Shown: piece by piece, positions 62,201 to 64,000 of the stretch | Layout of the letters: every line of letters begins with the position of its first letter | Numbering within the stretch: the first letter of the stretch is position 1 | Assembly (NCBI GenBank): GCA_973851085.1 | Contig: OZ316776.1 | Span: 7,440,001-7,504,000, forward strand | Direction: 5' to 3' | DNA length: 64,000 nt | From: Ptychomitrium polyphyllum | Lineage: Eukaryota | Made by a program: the position numbers and the translations under genes | Notes under the pieces: model-generated | The model's database searches: none | What the model saw: the letters and a program-made list of their open reading frames with translations, nothing else | What the model was told of the DNA's origin: nothing

Positions 62201-64000
62201 GTTTGGAGATGCCACGAGTACTGTGACAAGTTCATCTCCCGAGATATGAGCATGCGACTCTTGTAGTCTAGCTTGACACACAGAGGATGGAGTGGAACAA
62301 TGTACAGAAATTTTTGTCACTTCTGAAGAATTCTGAATGCCATCAATTTTTCAGCTGAACACAGCGCAGACAATAAGCTCTTGTATTGCAAACTATTAGG
62401 CCACGAATTGCACTCTTGTAAGCCCCAGTTGTTCTTGGACTGCACAGAACGTTTTTCATGAACACTCAGAAAACACACTCTTGTTTGACTGACGTCTGCA
62501 CAGAACGTTTTCATTTTGTGAGGAGTTTACGAGATGTCATCAGCGAGTTCAAGAACAATGTACTAACATTTTGATTGTCCGTCTACAATCTTGACATACG
62601 GTTGGGTTGATTAGAATACTCTCCAGAGCTTGTCATGCTCCTCCGCTCTCTTTGCCCTAGTTGCACCTCATCTGCATTCGATTTAGTCCAGACTGGAAGT
62701 AAGTATAGTTACACCTCTGTGATCAGATTGACAGAGTTCCACTTCAATTTCTCTCTGGACAGTCCACTCTGGGAATTTCACGCTTCCTGCCATACGTGCA
62801 AGATATTAAAACTATCAGACAAAAGAAACAGATTTGCAAACGGGTATTTAGAAGGAAAGTAGAGAAACAGACCGCTGCATGAGGTGACATAACAATGAGA
62901 CATGCAGCTACTTCTGCGCGAAAATCACAACTCAGTCCTTACATGAATCTGAGTTCTGCATTACAGTGGTGACCTCCTTGTTCTTGATATGATCGAGCCT
63001 GATGACCAATCTTGTGGAGCCAGAGAATTGGGATACTGAGCCAGCAGTAGTGTACAACAGTCGCAAACATACAGGAGTATACTTTCCGCTGGGTAGGATT
63101 TCGGGTATCATACTTGTAGGAACGATATTTGCTGGGGATCCTCCCGGATATCTGCAGATGGCTCCCCGAATGCTGCCCGCTTGACCTCGCCCTTTCTCCC
63201 AGTTCGCTTCCTCTGGACATGCACAGCCATGGAATGCCATGGCACAGTTGTGGCGGAGTCTTGGAGTTTTGCCGGAAACAAATGGCACCCTGTTGCCTCT
63301 ATTTGTGGAAGGTGGTCTCGCAATCCTGCGAGCGCAATCTTTAGTACACTTGTACCAGAGCTTGGGAGTTCACAGAGTGATGATCGTTTTCCCTGGCGTC
63401 CGTTCACGTATCGTAGGAGGGGTGCACTGAATTTTCACTCTTTGAACCGATTTTGAAATGTCGTCGAATTCTTGAGGCAATGTGCTTCAGGGAGTTAATG
63501 TAATTACAAGTGTCAGAAGTATCTGATGCATTTTTTTCTCGAGGCAACGTGATGTTATTGGAGTCGTCTACTCTATTTATGGGTTGAAGTCATTGGAGCG
63601 GTGGAGGGAAGGAAATGTTTCTGGGGCAACTTGCACCTCCGTGTTAATCAAAATCTAGTGTAAAAGTCTCGCTGACCTAGAACCTCAAGCGGTTATGGAA
63701 GATTGTGCCAAGCGCTCGCGGAGATCTGGGGATGCAGGGATGTATGAGGTTACCGATGTCTACACAGTGAGGAAGCTACGATTTGAAGTAGGGGAAATGC
63801 ATGCAGCTGCATGGCTATGACTGCTGCGATGATCTTCTCCAGAAAGGTAGCGAAGGGATATTTTCGCCGGCTGGCGGTTCTCTCTTCTCTTCCACAGCTT
63901 AGTGTTAGCAGCACAGAGTCCTTTTATTCTGTAGATATGCTTGTGCAAAAAATCTGCACACAGAGTGCTTGGCAGTTGCAGCGAAGAGGAGCGGAAGATA

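Noticed and set aside
62411..62514. Short direct repeat CTGCACAGAACGTTTT(T)CAT x2 downstream of the B3 gene
   Set aside because: Real but minor local duplication with no evident function.
62932..64000. Cluster of overlapping short ORFs at the right edge
   Set aside because: No recognisable domain or reliable splice model; it may belong to a feature extending beyond the window.

Overview
Gene-dense nuclear DNA of a land plant, most likely a moss; this is inferred from protein similarity, intron style, telo-boxes and AT-rich degenerate intergenic blocks, and was not verified. No prokaryotic features, CRISPR, rRNA or tRNA were seen. Gene models were spliced by hand, and all complete models keep frame. 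In order: a partial PA-TM-RING (RMR) gene, a disrupted UDP-glycosyltransferase pseudogene, KTI12/DRL1 head-to-head with SF3B6/p14, a GPI-anchored arabinogalactan protein, LEO1/VIP4, RPL32, ORC5, a DHX57-like DEAH helicase, STT3B, two paralogous transcription factors and a two-B3-domain gene. Most notable: (1) the paralogue pair each fuses a SUPERMAN-like Q(S)LGGH C2H2 finger to a divergent AP2/ERF domain, and one copy has an ABRE/DRE-rich upstream region; (2) KTI12 has a textbook AT-AC U12-type intron; (3) RPL32 intron 2 holds a dual-guide box C/D snoRNA complementary to LSU rRNA; (4) STT3B has a GC-AG intron with a duplicated cryptic acceptor; (5) ORC5 has E2F sites and a CDK-site-rich N-terminal extension.
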